Positions 49,990 through 59,203 of a stretch of 64,000 nucleotides of DNA are shown here, piece after piece. Source of the DNA: Minisyncoccota bacterium. Its GTDB lineage: Bacteria; Patescibacteriota; Minisyncoccia; Phycocordibacterales; DAORIS01. The DNA is taken from the NCBI GenBank assembly GCA_035438625.1, contig DAORIS010000002.1, positions 34,832-98,831 on the forward strand. The letters run 5' to 3'. A program made the translations under genes and the position numbers. The notes under the pieces are model-generated. The model was not told where the DNA came from. It worked only from the letters and a program-made list of their open reading frames with translations, and did no database searches. Position 1 is the first letter of the stretch. Each line of letters opens with the position of its first letter.

Positions 49990-50715
49990 ATGGAAAACGT
50001 TTCTTGTTCAATCATCACTTCCCTCTACAAGACAGACGAGCATATTGAAAATTACGAGCGACATATTCAAAAATGTGCAAAAAAACTACTGAAAGACAAC
50101 GTCTCGTTTGAAGTGATCGCAATAACAAACGACGCAACGGAACTTGAAACTGCAGTATGTGAGCGACTACAAGCAAACCCATGGTTTAGATGGATCGATG
50201 TGCCAAGAGAAACACTTTATGCAACTTGGAATAGGGGTGTCCGAGAATCAAAGGGATTTGCATGTACGTTTTGGAATGTAGATGATATTCGAACAAGCGA
50301 AGGAATCGTTGATGGAATAGAGCGAGTAAAAAGCGGTGCACCAGTTGTGTACTTCCCGTTTACATACAAGCGATATGTAAAAGTTGGACCATTTAAACTC
50401 TTGGCGAAGATAAAGAAAATTGATTTGCCTGCATTTTCAAAAGAAACATTTACCAAACACATGAACTGCGGACCGTTCTTTATGTTTTCTAAGGACTTTT
50501 ATTCAAAAGTTGGTCCGTTCGATGAGTGGTTTACGATCGCTGGAGATTTTGAATGGTGTACAAAAGCAGCACACATGGCAGTGTTTCAAAAATCAGAAAT
50601 TATCGGCGGAACATTTACGAGCGACGGACAAACTCTTTCTGGAAAAAGGAGCGAGCGACTCACGAAAGAAAACGAAAAAGTTGCCGAAAATATTAAAGTT
50701 CGGAACGGTAATTAA
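49990..50715 (+). CDS. Glycosyltransferase family 2-like
   Basis: N-terminal CSIITSLYK (GT2 SIIxPxYN-like box), DxD-type acidic residues, 241 aa. Confidence 0.5.
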   Translation: MENVSCSIITSLYKTDEHIENYERHIQKCAKKLLKDNVSFEVIAITNDATELETAVCERLQANPWFRWIDVPRETLYATWNRGVRESKGFACTFWNVDDIRTSEGIVDGIERVKSGAPVVYFPFTYKRYVKVGPFKLLAKIKKIDLPAFSKETFTKHMNCGPFFMFSKDFYSKVGPFDEWFTIAGDFEWCTKAAHMAVFQKSEIIGGTFTSDGQTLSGKRSERLTKENEKVAENIKVRNGN

Positions 50716-50718
50716 TGC

Positions 50719-51669
50719 ATGAAAATAATTGCAGTTACACCAGCACGAAACGAAGCTAGGCTCTTACCTTCATTTCTTACATTCTTGTCCTCTTTTGCTG
50801 ACTATATAATTATTGCCGATCAAGAATCGACAGATGGAAGCACTGAAATATACAAGCAGTTCCCAAAAGTATCAGTCATACAAAACCATCGCCCGTCACA
50901 CTCAAATGAAGTGAGGTGGGATCTGCTTACCAAAGCTCGAGAAATTGAAGGAGAAAACATTATTGTTTGCCTTGATGTCGACGAACGGATTCCGGCACAT
51001 TCTGTTCCATTAATTATTGATCACCTTAAACAGAAGGGGTCAGGCTTTAACGTTTCACTTCCCTGGATACAGTTATGGAAAAAACCAGAGGTGTACCGAA
51101 CTGACTGGCCGTGGGGAAATAACTACAAAGCGTGCATATTTTATGATGACCGAATCATGTCGTATGAACAATCTGTTGTGATCAATGATCACACCAATCG
51201 CATCCCAACCATTACTGCTGAAAAAAATACCATACTACCCTCACCACTTCTTCATCTTCAATACCTTTATTGGAACGAAGTGCAGCTTAAACAAGCGTGG
51301 TACAGGTGCAAGGAATACATTGCTGATCCCACAAAAATAAAGGCTATTAATTTAAAGTATGAATCCTCTCTAGACACTTCCCGAACAAAATTATCAGCAA
51401 CACCCCCCGAGTGGATTGATGAGAAGTCTTTCATTCCCACAAACATTGTAGAGACCACAAATCCGTGGCACCTACAAGAACTGCACGAAATGTTTAAGAC
51501 ACATTCCATTGCATACTTTGAGCCAATAGATATGTGGCACATTCAGACACTACAACAAGAATTTCAAACACAAGTTGGAAGAAAGCCTCACCCTACAAGA
51601 TATAACTCAATACTCCGTACACTGTATTATATTCTTCAATCCATCCGACAAAACCTTAAACACCAATGA
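50719..51669 (+). CDS. Glycosyltransferase family 2-like (GT-A fold)
   Basis: IIAVTPARNEARLL N-terminal box and downstream DVDE. Confidence 0.55.
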   Translation: MKIIAVTPARNEARLLPSFLTFLSSFADYIIIADQESTDGSTEIYKQFPKVSVIQNHRPSHSNEVRWDLLTKAREIEGENIIVCLDVDERIPAHSVPLIIDHLKQKGSGFNVSLPWIQLWKKPEVYRTDWPWGNNYKACIFYDDRIMSYEQSVVINDHTNRIPTITAEKNTILPSPLLHLQYLYWNEVQLKQAWYRCKEYIADPTKIKAINLKYESSLDTSRTKLSATPPEWIDEKSFIPTNIVETTNPWHLQELHEMFKTHSIAYFEPIDMWHIQTLQQEFQTQVGRKPHPTRYNSILRTLYYILQSIRQNLKHQ

Positions 51670-52532
51670 ACACCTGCATCATCACATCCGCATCCAATAA
51701 ATTCTTTCCATCGGTTCTGAATTTAATTGGTTCTATAAAAACAAATCACTCTCCAGTGATTCGGATTTTTGTATACGACCTAGGACTATCAAAAATCTTT
51801 AGAAAAGAACTTGAAACGATTGAAGGCGTGACAGTTATTACCCTTCCACCGTTTGTATCGTTCTGGCGTAGCTGCTACACATGGAAGTCCTACATTTTCT
51901 GCAATCCATTTGCAGAATTAAACTTCTATCTTGATGCTGGTACTCAAGTACTCCGCAGTCTCGATGAGATTTTTTCTATAATAAATAAGGATGGGTACAT
52001 TGCTGTCTCACAAGGTGTGTCGAATAAGGAGATCATCCCCGTCGATTACATTGAGACATTCAAGGCAGATCCTGCGATTTTAAATGAATCCTCTGTTACT
52101 GCTGGAGTGTTTGGATTTAAAAAAGACGGCTCTGTTTCGAACCAATTATCCTCAATGCACGAAGCATCAAAACAAGGATATTGCCTTGGTTTTTCAAAAG
52201 GTGACCAATGGAGAAACAAAGGAGTTAACAAAACAGACATTGTTCGATCCTGCGAAAAATTTAGACACGACACCACCCTGCTTAATATCTTCCTCAGAAA
52301 AGACAATCCAAATTTCTACGCACATGACGGTACTAAATATGCAGGCTGGAACACTCCACAGGACCATCCAAATCAACTTATTTGGAACATGCGTATGAAT
52401 TACACCCATTTACAGTATCTCCCTATTCGATACACACATAAAAAATTTTCACTCCTTGCAATTGTAAACCGAACCATCATTTATGTGTTTATATTGCTTA
52501 AACGTATGCGGTTAGTGATTAAAGGAAAATAA
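51666..52532 (+). CDS. Hypothetical protein, possibly a nucleotide-diphospho-sugar transferase-like enzyme
   Basis: Soluble, alpha/beta-looking protein embedded in a GT operon. No firm motif. Confidence 0.35.
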   Translation: MNTCIITSASNKFFPSVLNLIGSIKTNHSPVIRIFVYDLGLSKIFRKELETIEGVTVITLPPFVSFWRSCYTWKSYIFCNPFAELNFYLDAGTQVLRSLDEIFSIINKDGYIAVSQGVSNKEIIPVDYIETFKADPAILNESSVTAGVFGFKKDGSVSNQLSSMHEASKQGYCLGFSKGDQWRNKGVNKTDIVRSCEKFRHDTTLLNIFLRKDNPNFYAHDGTKYAGWNTPQDHPNQLIWNMRMNYTHLQYLPIRYTHKKFSLLAIVNRTIIYVFILLKRMRLVIKGK

Positions 52533-53356
52533 TGAACCACGATTTACTATCAACACTTAGCATCCCTCAAATGGATCAGTTCCACGAGTATCCTGATCCA
52601 TGCGTAAACAATCGATATTACCACCATCGTAAAGCACAAATTGTTTCTACGTTCATACAAAAGTATGCAAACCCATCTCACACACTACTTGATGCAGGGG
52701 CAGGTCGCGGTCCATACAGCGCGTTTGCTGCACCACTCTACAAATCAGTGTATATGTTTGAGTTCGATGCCTCTGAGCTTGAACACGCAAAAAAACATAC
52801 AAAAAATATTTCAAATATTCATGGAGAAGCTGTTGACCTTAGGCAAATTCCTCTCGGTGACGCAATGGTTGATGTCTGTATCTGCTCAGAAGTGTTAGAA
52901 CACATTCCCAACCACGAAAAAGCAGTTTCTGAGCTTTTCAGAACACTTACACCAAACGGTGTCGCACTAGTCTCTATTCCTAATGCTTTTAGTCTGTTTT
53001 ACATAAAAGTACGTTTCGGAAAAAGACACAGAGAATTACTCACTCGACTTGCACAGAGAGACACAAATGTTTTTAGTACACCTGAAGAATCCGGACTATC
53101 GTACCTCGAGTGGGAAATGATCCGTCATATTTCTTTCCCTTTTTGGAAAACCAAAGCTTTATTAAAGAAAGCTGGTTTTACCATCATCGCATCCCAAGGA
53201 GCAAATATAGTACCCATGCCATATAGAGTTCGATCGTTTCTCTTAAAAAAATTCCCGATTGGGTTCAAGGTGTGGATAGGGATCGATAGTGCACTAGGAA
53301 AGATATTTCCTTTCTTGGGTTCCTTTTACTTCCTTACACTTAAAAAACTTCCTTAG
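52532..53356 (+). CDS. Class I SAM-dependent methyltransferase
   Basis: LLDAGAGRGPYS motif I and DVCICSEVLEHIPN motif II/post-II. Confidence 0.7.
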   Translation: MNHDLLSTLSIPQMDQFHEYPDPCVNNRYYHHRKAQIVSTFIQKYANPSHTLLDAGAGRGPYSAFAAPLYKSVYMFEFDASELEHAKKHTKNISNIHGEAVDLRQIPLGDAMVDVCICSEVLEHIPNHEKAVSELFRTLTPNGVALVSIPNAFSLFYIKVRFGKRHRELLTRLAQRDTNVFSTPEESGLSYLEWEMIRHISFPFWKTKALLKKAGFTIIASQGANIVPMPYRVRSFLLKKFPIGFKVWIGIDSALGKIFPFLGSFYFLTLKKLP

Positions 53357-53747
53357 CTTTAAACACTACGATTTTTGCACCGATAAAGTTAGTGATTGTA
53401 GATACTCCAATTGCGCACACATTTGCCAACAGCACATTCATAGTAAAAACCTCTACCAGTAGACGAAGTGTAAGTAGACTCAACACAAGCGAGAATAGAC
53501 AGACTGCTGCATACAACATAAATTCTTTTCTTTTTCGATATCCACCTGACTCAAAAGACACCCTTCGGTTCAATTCATAGCTAATGAAGATGCCGACAAT
53601 GAATCCGATTGCACTCGAGAGAAGGTACTGAACGTTTGCAGTACGTAATAGAACGAAAAATATAGAATAGTTACAGATAGTGCTAATGACCCCGACAACA
53701 GCAAAATTTCGAAATTGTATTGCTGTTTTTCGATTAAATACATCCAT
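53340..53747 (-). CDS. GtrA-family small membrane protein
   Basis: 135 aa, four TM helices, N-terminal FxxVGxxxTxxN-like GtrA box. Confidence 0.65.
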   Translation of the reverse strand: MDVFNRKTAIQFRNFAVVGVISTICNYSIFFVLLRTANVQYLLSSAIGFIVGIFISYELNRRVSFESGGYRKRKEFMLYAAVCLFSLVLSLLTLRLLVEVFTMNVLLANVCAIGVSTITNFIGAKIVVFKAKEVF

Positions 53748-53822
53748 AGAGGTCTACGTGGCTGAAAGTATACCATTTGCATAAATATGCTACGATACCG
53801 TCTACAAACAACGGGACACTAT

Positions 53823-54419
53823 ATGCAGGTCATTATCCATCGTGTAAATAAGATCGAACAACTTGCCAAGATTCCAACACACTATGGAGTCGAAATTGAC
53901 ATCAGAGGGTTTGGAGACAAACTAGTACTCACACACGAACCTTTTGAAGACGGAGATGAGCTTGAGGAATATCTAAAGGGATATAAACACGCATTTGTAA
54001 TTTTCAATATCAAAGAAGCTGGAATTGAAAAGCGTGTTATTGATCTCGCAAAGAAATATAAAATCAAAAACTACTTCCTTCTCGATGTAGAGCCGTACTG
54101 GATCCATCACGCAACAACTGATGGATTTAAAAATATCGCTATTCGATACTCAGAGAACGAACCAATTGAAATGGCACTTAAGTACAAGAAAAAAGCTGAT
54201 TGGTTATGGATCGATATTCCAACAAAACTTCCCCTCTCACCTAAGATTGTTAAGCAAATGAAAGGATATAAAACATGCCTTGTGTGTCCTGAGCGTTGGG
54301 GCCGCCCTCAAGAGATTTCTAAGTACATCAAGAAAATTAAGTCATTGAAATTTAAGCTTGATGCAGTGATGACATCTCTAAAATACGCTGATGCATGGGA
54401 AACATTGAACAAGAAATAA
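53823..54419 (+). CDS. Glycerophosphodiester phosphodiesterase (GDPD)-like protein
   Basis: IIHRVN (HRG-like) and GVEIDIR...DKLVLTHEP (E-D...HD) boxes. Start set at MQVIIHRV. Confidence 0.4.
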   Translation: MQVIIHRVNKIEQLAKIPTHYGVEIDIRGFGDKLVLTHEPFEDGDELEEYLKGYKHAFVIFNIKEAGIEKRVIDLAKKYKIKNYFLLDVEPYWIHHATTDGFKNIAIRYSENEPIEMALKYKKKADWLWIDIPTKLPLSPKIVKQMKGYKTCLVCPERWGRPQEISKYIKKIKSLKFKLDAVMTSLKYADAWETLNKK

Positions 54420-54420
54420 T

Positions 54421-55179
54421 ATGCAAGTAATTATTCCAATGGCAGGATTAGGCCAACGATTCCAATTTGCAGGATATAAGGATCCTAAGCCACTTATCGA
54501 TATCGACGGAAAACCAGTTATCGAACACATTGTAAACATGTTTCCTGATGTAGAAAAGTTAATATTTATCGCAAATGAAAACCACCTCGCAAATACAAAC
54601 ATGCGAGATGTACTACAAAGAGTTGCTCCTCACGGTAAAGTAGTTGCTATTCCTGAACACAGACTTGGTCCGGTATACACGGTTCTCCAAGCAGTCGAGC
54701 ACATTGACGACAACCTTCCTGTCGTCACGTGTTACTGTGACATACACACACCGTGGAACTTTAAAGAATTTGTACAACATATGCAGGATACTAACGCCGA
54801 AGCTGGTGTCGTTGCTTTTAAAGGTTTTCATCCACCACTTCTACAAGAAGGCCTCTACGCCACAGCTCGCACAGACGAAAATGATGACGAAGTACTAGAA
54901 GTACGTGAAAAATTTTCTTTCACACCAAATAAAATGGACTCATGGACTTCCGCTGGTGTACACTACTTCAAAAGCGGAGCTTTGGTTAAAAAATACTTTA
55001 AAAAATTAATTGACCTTGATATCCGATGTAACGATGAGTTTTATATCAGTATGATCCACAACCTCCTTATAGAAGACAAGCTCAAAAACGTATTGCACCC
55101 AATAGACTTTTTCATCTCATGGGGTAAACCAGAGGATGTGAGAGAATATCAATATTGGTCAAAACACTTCAATAAGTAA
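54421..55179 (+). CDS. LicC-like sugar/alcohol-phosphate nucleotidyltransferase
   Basis: IIPMAGLGQRF...KPL N-terminal nucleotidyltransferase signature. Confidence 0.6.
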   Translation: MQVIIPMAGLGQRFQFAGYKDPKPLIDIDGKPVIEHIVNMFPDVEKLIFIANENHLANTNMRDVLQRVAPHGKVVAIPEHRLGPVYTVLQAVEHIDDNLPVVTCYCDIHTPWNFKEFVQHMQDTNAEAGVVAFKGFHPPLLQEGLYATARTDENDDEVLEVREKFSFTPNKMDSWTSAGVHYFKSGALVKKYFKKLIDLDIRCNDEFYISMIHNLLIEDKLKNVLHPIDFFISWGKPEDVREYQYWSKHFNK

Positions 55180-55180
55180 C

Positions 55181-55948
55181 ATGCGGACAAATTTAATGCT
55201 ACTGGCTGGAAGAGGGAAAAGATTTGCAGACGCAGGTTATAGTATTCCCAAACCCCTAATTCCTGTAAACGGCCTTCCTATGGTCATTTCTGCTGTTCAC
55301 AGCATGCCAAAGGCGGATAAGTTAATCTTTGTTGTTTCAGGTGATTATGTTAATAACCACGACATAACAAACCTCCTACTTTCATATTTCCCCGAGGCAC
55401 AAATTATTGTCCAAACAAGTCCGCTACAAGGACAAGCCCATAGTGCACTTGAGGCTGTTGATGCCATCGATCCAGAATCAGTGCTTACAATTGCAAGTTG
55501 TGACGCAGGTCCAACATACGATATGAATAAGTTTGAAAGCGACCTGCTTTCTGAAGATCAAGATGCACTTATATGGTCATTTAGACACTATCCTCCAATG
55601 CAGACACAACCAAGTGCCTATGGATGGATTGATGCAGACGAGCAAGGTCTAGTAAAAAAGGTACAGTACAAAGTTCCACTTTCTGACCACCCCCTTGAAG
55701 ACCATGCTGTTGTTGGGTGGTTTAGCTACAGAAAAGCAAAGACCTGTTTTGACAATGTAAAGGAAATGATTGAAAAGAACCTAAAGAGCGGCGTTGAATT
55801 TTCACTTGATGAATGCACCAACGTATTGGTAAAAAACAATCACAAAGTTAAGGTTTTTGAAATCGACACATTCCTTTCATGGGGAACCCCTATTGAATTA
55901 AAGACATATGAATACTGGCAGCGATACTTCGAAACAAAGAAAAAATAG
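55181..55948 (+). CDS. Second LicC-like nucleotidyltransferase (tandem paralogue)
   Basis: LAGRGKRF...KPLIPV signature, and the same length as the preceding gene. Confidence 0.6.
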   Translation: MRTNLMLLAGRGKRFADAGYSIPKPLIPVNGLPMVISAVHSMPKADKLIFVVSGDYVNNHDITNLLLSYFPEAQIIVQTSPLQGQAHSALEAVDAIDPESVLTIASCDAGPTYDMNKFESDLLSEDQDALIWSFRHYPPMQTQPSAYGWIDADEQGLVKKVQYKVPLSDHPLEDHAVVGWFSYRKAKTCFDNVKEMIEKNLKSGVEFSLDECTNVLVKNNHKVKVFEIDTFLSWGTPIELKTYEYWQRYFETKKK

Positions 55949-57668
55949 AGTCAGCGTACTTGTTTTACTTTTCATCACCGTCCTAGCAGCAAGCTGGGTA
56001 TGGCATATCACTTCTAGAAATTATCACTTCCAAGAAGTGGACTCTTCAGGGACCTATAACATCCTATACGAATTTCCTGGGTCAACATTACGCTTTATTG
56101 CACTTCTCTATCCTCACGGTAGTTTTATTTCAACAAGTACAGCTGAAAAAATTCTTTCGCACGATTCAATTCGTTCGATTAAAAACACATACCTTTCATC
56201 TTTTAGTGATGAATTTCTCATTAATCAACTAACACAAGCATCACTACTAAGTACATTTAGGTACGGTCTAACACAAGCAATTTCTTCCGCTCCTTTGCCT
56301 TTTGCAGTACAGAGTTTTTTCTCAATGGGAATTGGATCAACATACTCACCAGGTGCTGGTTTTGTGTATGGATTGGTTTCCGGACCAAACGCAGATTATT
56401 TGACGTTTATGTCTCGATCAATGGTCGTATCCATTACACTATTTCATGTATCTGTTTTACTACTATTTCTCATTAACAGAAAACTTGGAGTTTCAGATGG
56501 TGTAAATTCGCTTGTATGTTTTCTCATGTTGTTCTCGATAAGTATCTACTCGTCTGGAATTCATGTTGGTAGTACTGTGTGGAATTTCACAACAGAATTC
56601 TTGTGGTTATACTTTCTAGTCACCTATTACAAACACCCTGAGATACACCGACATATTGCTTGGTTAACAGGAGTATTGATCTTTTTCAATTACCTCATTT
56701 TACTGTTTTGGCTTGCCTTCATGTTCATTCGATTATTTGAATGGTGGAAACAGACACAGTCTCGTTCACTTAAAAAGTTTGGTGTATGGTTTTGGGGAAC
56801 AATAAAATCACAACTTCCAGCAATTATATTAATTGGTACAGCTACAATTCTTTTCTTCCTTCCAGGTCAAGGTTTTAGAGGATCTGCAACATTTGCAACG
56901 CTTCCTTCTGATGTCTATTACACCGTACTTAACTTCTTTAGTTGGTACACACACTCAGCACCATTCAATCTTTTACAGTACAGCATGGGTGTATTACTAC
57001 TCGCCTCATCACTATTGTTTTTCATTCCCAAACAAACAGAAGGGTCCGTTCATTCATTAGTTAAACAAATCTGTCTTCTCGTACTTGCTCTATATATAGT
57101 ATTAGCAATCCTCCACACCCTAAGTTTTGCTCCAACACGCCATATCCTTTTCCTTATACCAATACTATTTATCTCCATTGCACAGGGATTATCTATCCTC
57201 TCGAAAAAAACTGGGATTCATATACCTACATACGTATCAGTTTCAGCGCTTACCATCCTCTCTGTACTTGGTATGTATTGTGTATTCCTGCGTGGGTTTG
57301 ATACTGCCGACCGAACGGTGTTTCTAAACACCACTGATCCTGAAGTGTCTACAATTGGAATACACGATGGCTCGTATGATATTTATTACAAGTATGCAGA
57401 GAACAAGACTCCGGTGACGTTCATGCATCCTAAAATATTTGAAGCAGGTAAGACGTATTTGTATGTCAGCCCTTCTGTCGCATTTGAAACTCAGATGCGG
57501 GAATGGAGAAAAGAGCACGATATGGAAATAGAAATCTTGTATGATGCAAGGGAGATAACGGACGCATATTTCATCGCTCACAATCCAAATTTTGAGCGAT
57601 TCCGTTACAGTCGCCCCAACAACCTATACCAAACAAAATTTACCGTTCGATCAGTATCAAAAAAATAA
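55908..57668 (+). CDS. Large polytopic membrane protein (GtrC/GT-C-like candidate glycosyltransferase or polymerase)
   Basis: 586 aa with more than 10 TM helices and no soluble catalytic motif. It lies directly upstream of a DPM-synthase-like GT2 and near gtrA. Confidence 0.45.
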   Translation: MNTGSDTSKQRKNRVSVLVLLFITVLAASWVWHITSRNYHFQEVDSSGTYNILYEFPGSTLRFIALLYPHGSFISTSTAEKILSHDSIRSIKNTYLSSFSDEFLINQLTQASLLSTFRYGLTQAISSAPLPFAVQSFFSMGIGSTYSPGAGFVYGLVSGPNADYLTFMSRSMVVSITLFHVSVLLLFLINRKLGVSDGVNSLVCFLMLFSISIYSSGIHVGSTVWNFTTEFLWLYFLVTYYKHPEIHRHIAWLTGVLIFFNYLILLFWLAFMFIRLFEWWKQTQSRSLKKFGVWFWGTIKSQLPAIILIGTATILFFLPGQGFRGSATFATLPSDVYYTVLNFFSWYTHSAPFNLLQYSMGVLLLASSLLFFIPKQTEGSVHSLVKQICLLVLALYIVLAILHTLSFAPTRHILFLIPILFISIAQGLSILSKKTGIHIPTYVSVSALTILSVLGMYCVFLRGFDTADRTVFLNTTDPEVSTIGIHDGSYDIYYKYAENKTPVTFMHPKIFEAGKTYLYVSPSVAFETQMREWRKEHDMEIEILYDAREITDAYFIAHNPNFERFRYSRPNNLYQTKFTVRSVSKK

Positions 57669-57669
57669 C

Positions 57670-58371
57670 ATGAAACTTTCAATCGTAGTTCCCTTCTATA
57701 ACGAAGAAAAAAATATTCCATTAGTATTACAAGTATTTCAAAAGTTCGCTTCTTCATACGACTTTGAACTGATTTGTATTAACGATGGATCAAAGGACAA
57801 TACCGCTGAAGTGTTTACACAATTTGCAGGAAATAACTCATACCCGTTTGCAAAATTTATTTCATACTCTCCTAATGGCGGATACGGCAACGCCATAATG
57901 ACCGGGGTCCGAGCTGCGACGGGAGACATTGTTGGATGGACCCACAGTGATATGCAGACTGATCCAAAAGATGTATTCACTGCATTTGACGTGTTAAAAA
58001 ACGAGACCAATAAAAGGACACTCGTCAAAGGAGCACGTATCAATCGCCCACTTCCCCAGGTAGTTCTCAGTTACGGTATGGCAGTTATTGCAAGTGTAAT
58101 CCTCCGAAAGGTACTCGTTGAAATTAATGCACAACCAAAAGTATTTTTCAAAGAATGCATTGAGCTACTTACCAACGCTCCAAAAGATTTTTCTCTAGAT
58201 CTATACTTGCTATACCAAGCAAAAATTCACGGATACACAATCAAGACTATTGATGTTGAGTTCAAAAACCGATTACATGGAGAATCAAGTTGGGGTGGAA
58301 GTTTCCAAAATCGCATCAAGACAATCAAGCGCACATACGCATACATTTGGAAACTAGCAAAAAGTAAATAA
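57670..58371 (+). CDS. GT2 polyprenol-phosphate glycosyltransferase (GtrB/DPM1-like)
   Basis: LSIVVPFYNEE, INDGSKDNT and DxD-type motifs. Start set at MKLSIVV. Confidence 0.7.
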   Translation: MKLSIVVPFYNEEKNIPLVLQVFQKFASSYDFELICINDGSKDNTAEVFTQFAGNNSYPFAKFISYSPNGGYGNAIMTGVRAATGDIVGWTHSDMQTDPKDVFTAFDVLKNETNKRTLVKGARINRPLPQVVLSYGMAVIASVILRKVLVEINAQPKVFFKECIELLTNAPKDFSLDLYLLYQAKIHGYTIKTIDVEFKNRLHGESSWGGSFQNRIKTIKRTYAYIWKLAKSK

Positions 58372-58412
58372 AAAAAAGCCGACGTACATTGTACACCGGC
58401 ACACTTCAGAAC
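58372..58412. terminator. Bidirectional intrinsic terminator
   Basis: A-run, then GCCGacGTACAttGTACAccGGC hairpin between convergent genes. Confidence 0.5.
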
Positions 58413-58428
58413 GAGACCGTTCAATCTT

Positions 58429-59082
58429 CTACATCGTAAACAAATCCATCGCGGGACTGAAACGTGCATGCTCAATTTTGAGTACAATTGGCGATTCACT
58501 GAAAGTAGTATCGCCAATGTGTACTCGATCCCGGTACACATCGAGCTTATTTCCCACTTTCATCATCCGAGAAATCGTACAGTGGAAAATATCTGCGATT
58601 GCTTTTGGTTTGAGACCACATTCTGCAAATTCCTCCCAAAGGATTTCTCGCATGTTACGCACCTCGTCAGGAACATACTCTGCACAAAGTATGATGACAC
58701 TTTTGTCAGCAATCAACCGAGTGAACTCCACCTCAAGACCTTCGAGCGTTGGTAGTGACGGAACGACTTTCTGTTTGAAAGTTTCAAATGCTTCCTTGGG
58801 ACCGGTTGCGTTCATCACAGTCGTATGTAAACGGAAGTCTCTACCAACCATGAACAACTCGGAATTACTCTCTTGCTCAATGTTCTCCACAAGTGGGCGA
58901 AGCATACTGAGACACGTGGATTCTGATTGAGCAGTGTACCGTGCAAAAACACCGCATTGATCTCCAAGAAATTCAGGAGTAAAGCCTTCGAAAGGGGCAA
59001 TATTTCCTCTTGCAATCGCCTCAACACCCTCCGATTGGATCTGCTTGATACGAGCAACGACATTTGCCTGTTTAGCTGCCAC
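58429..59082 (-). CDS. 2H-phosphoesterase superfamily protein (LigT/ThpR-like)
   Basis: Two H-x-T-x motifs (LHTTV and FHCTIS) at the spacing expected for 2H enzymes. Confidence 0.45.
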   Translation of the reverse strand: MAAKQANVVARIKQIQSEGVEAIARGNIAPFEGFTPEFLGDQCGVFARYTAQSESTCLSMLRPLVENIEQESNSELFMVGRDFRLHTTVMNATGPKEAFETFKQKVVPSLPTLEGLEVEFTRLIADKSVIILCAEYVPDEVRNMREILWEEFAECGLKPKAIADIFHCTISRMMKVGNKLDVYRDRVHIGDTTFSESPIVLKIEHARFSPAMDLFTM

Positions 59083-59203
59083 TTTAAGCTCCTCTGTTGG
59101 AATTTGTGTAGTAAAAGAATTTTGTATATACTATAACATATTTTATAGAAAAATCAATATCTCCCAGCAAATACAAGCAACGTAACAATGCTAAAATCTT
59201 CCT

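Noticed and set aside
58372-58412. The AAAAAAAA run plus GCCG...CGGC hairpin, considered as a possible regulatory A-tract or slippery site
   Set aside because: It sits between convergent genes and pairs with a T-run on the other strand. The simplest reading is a bidirectional terminator.
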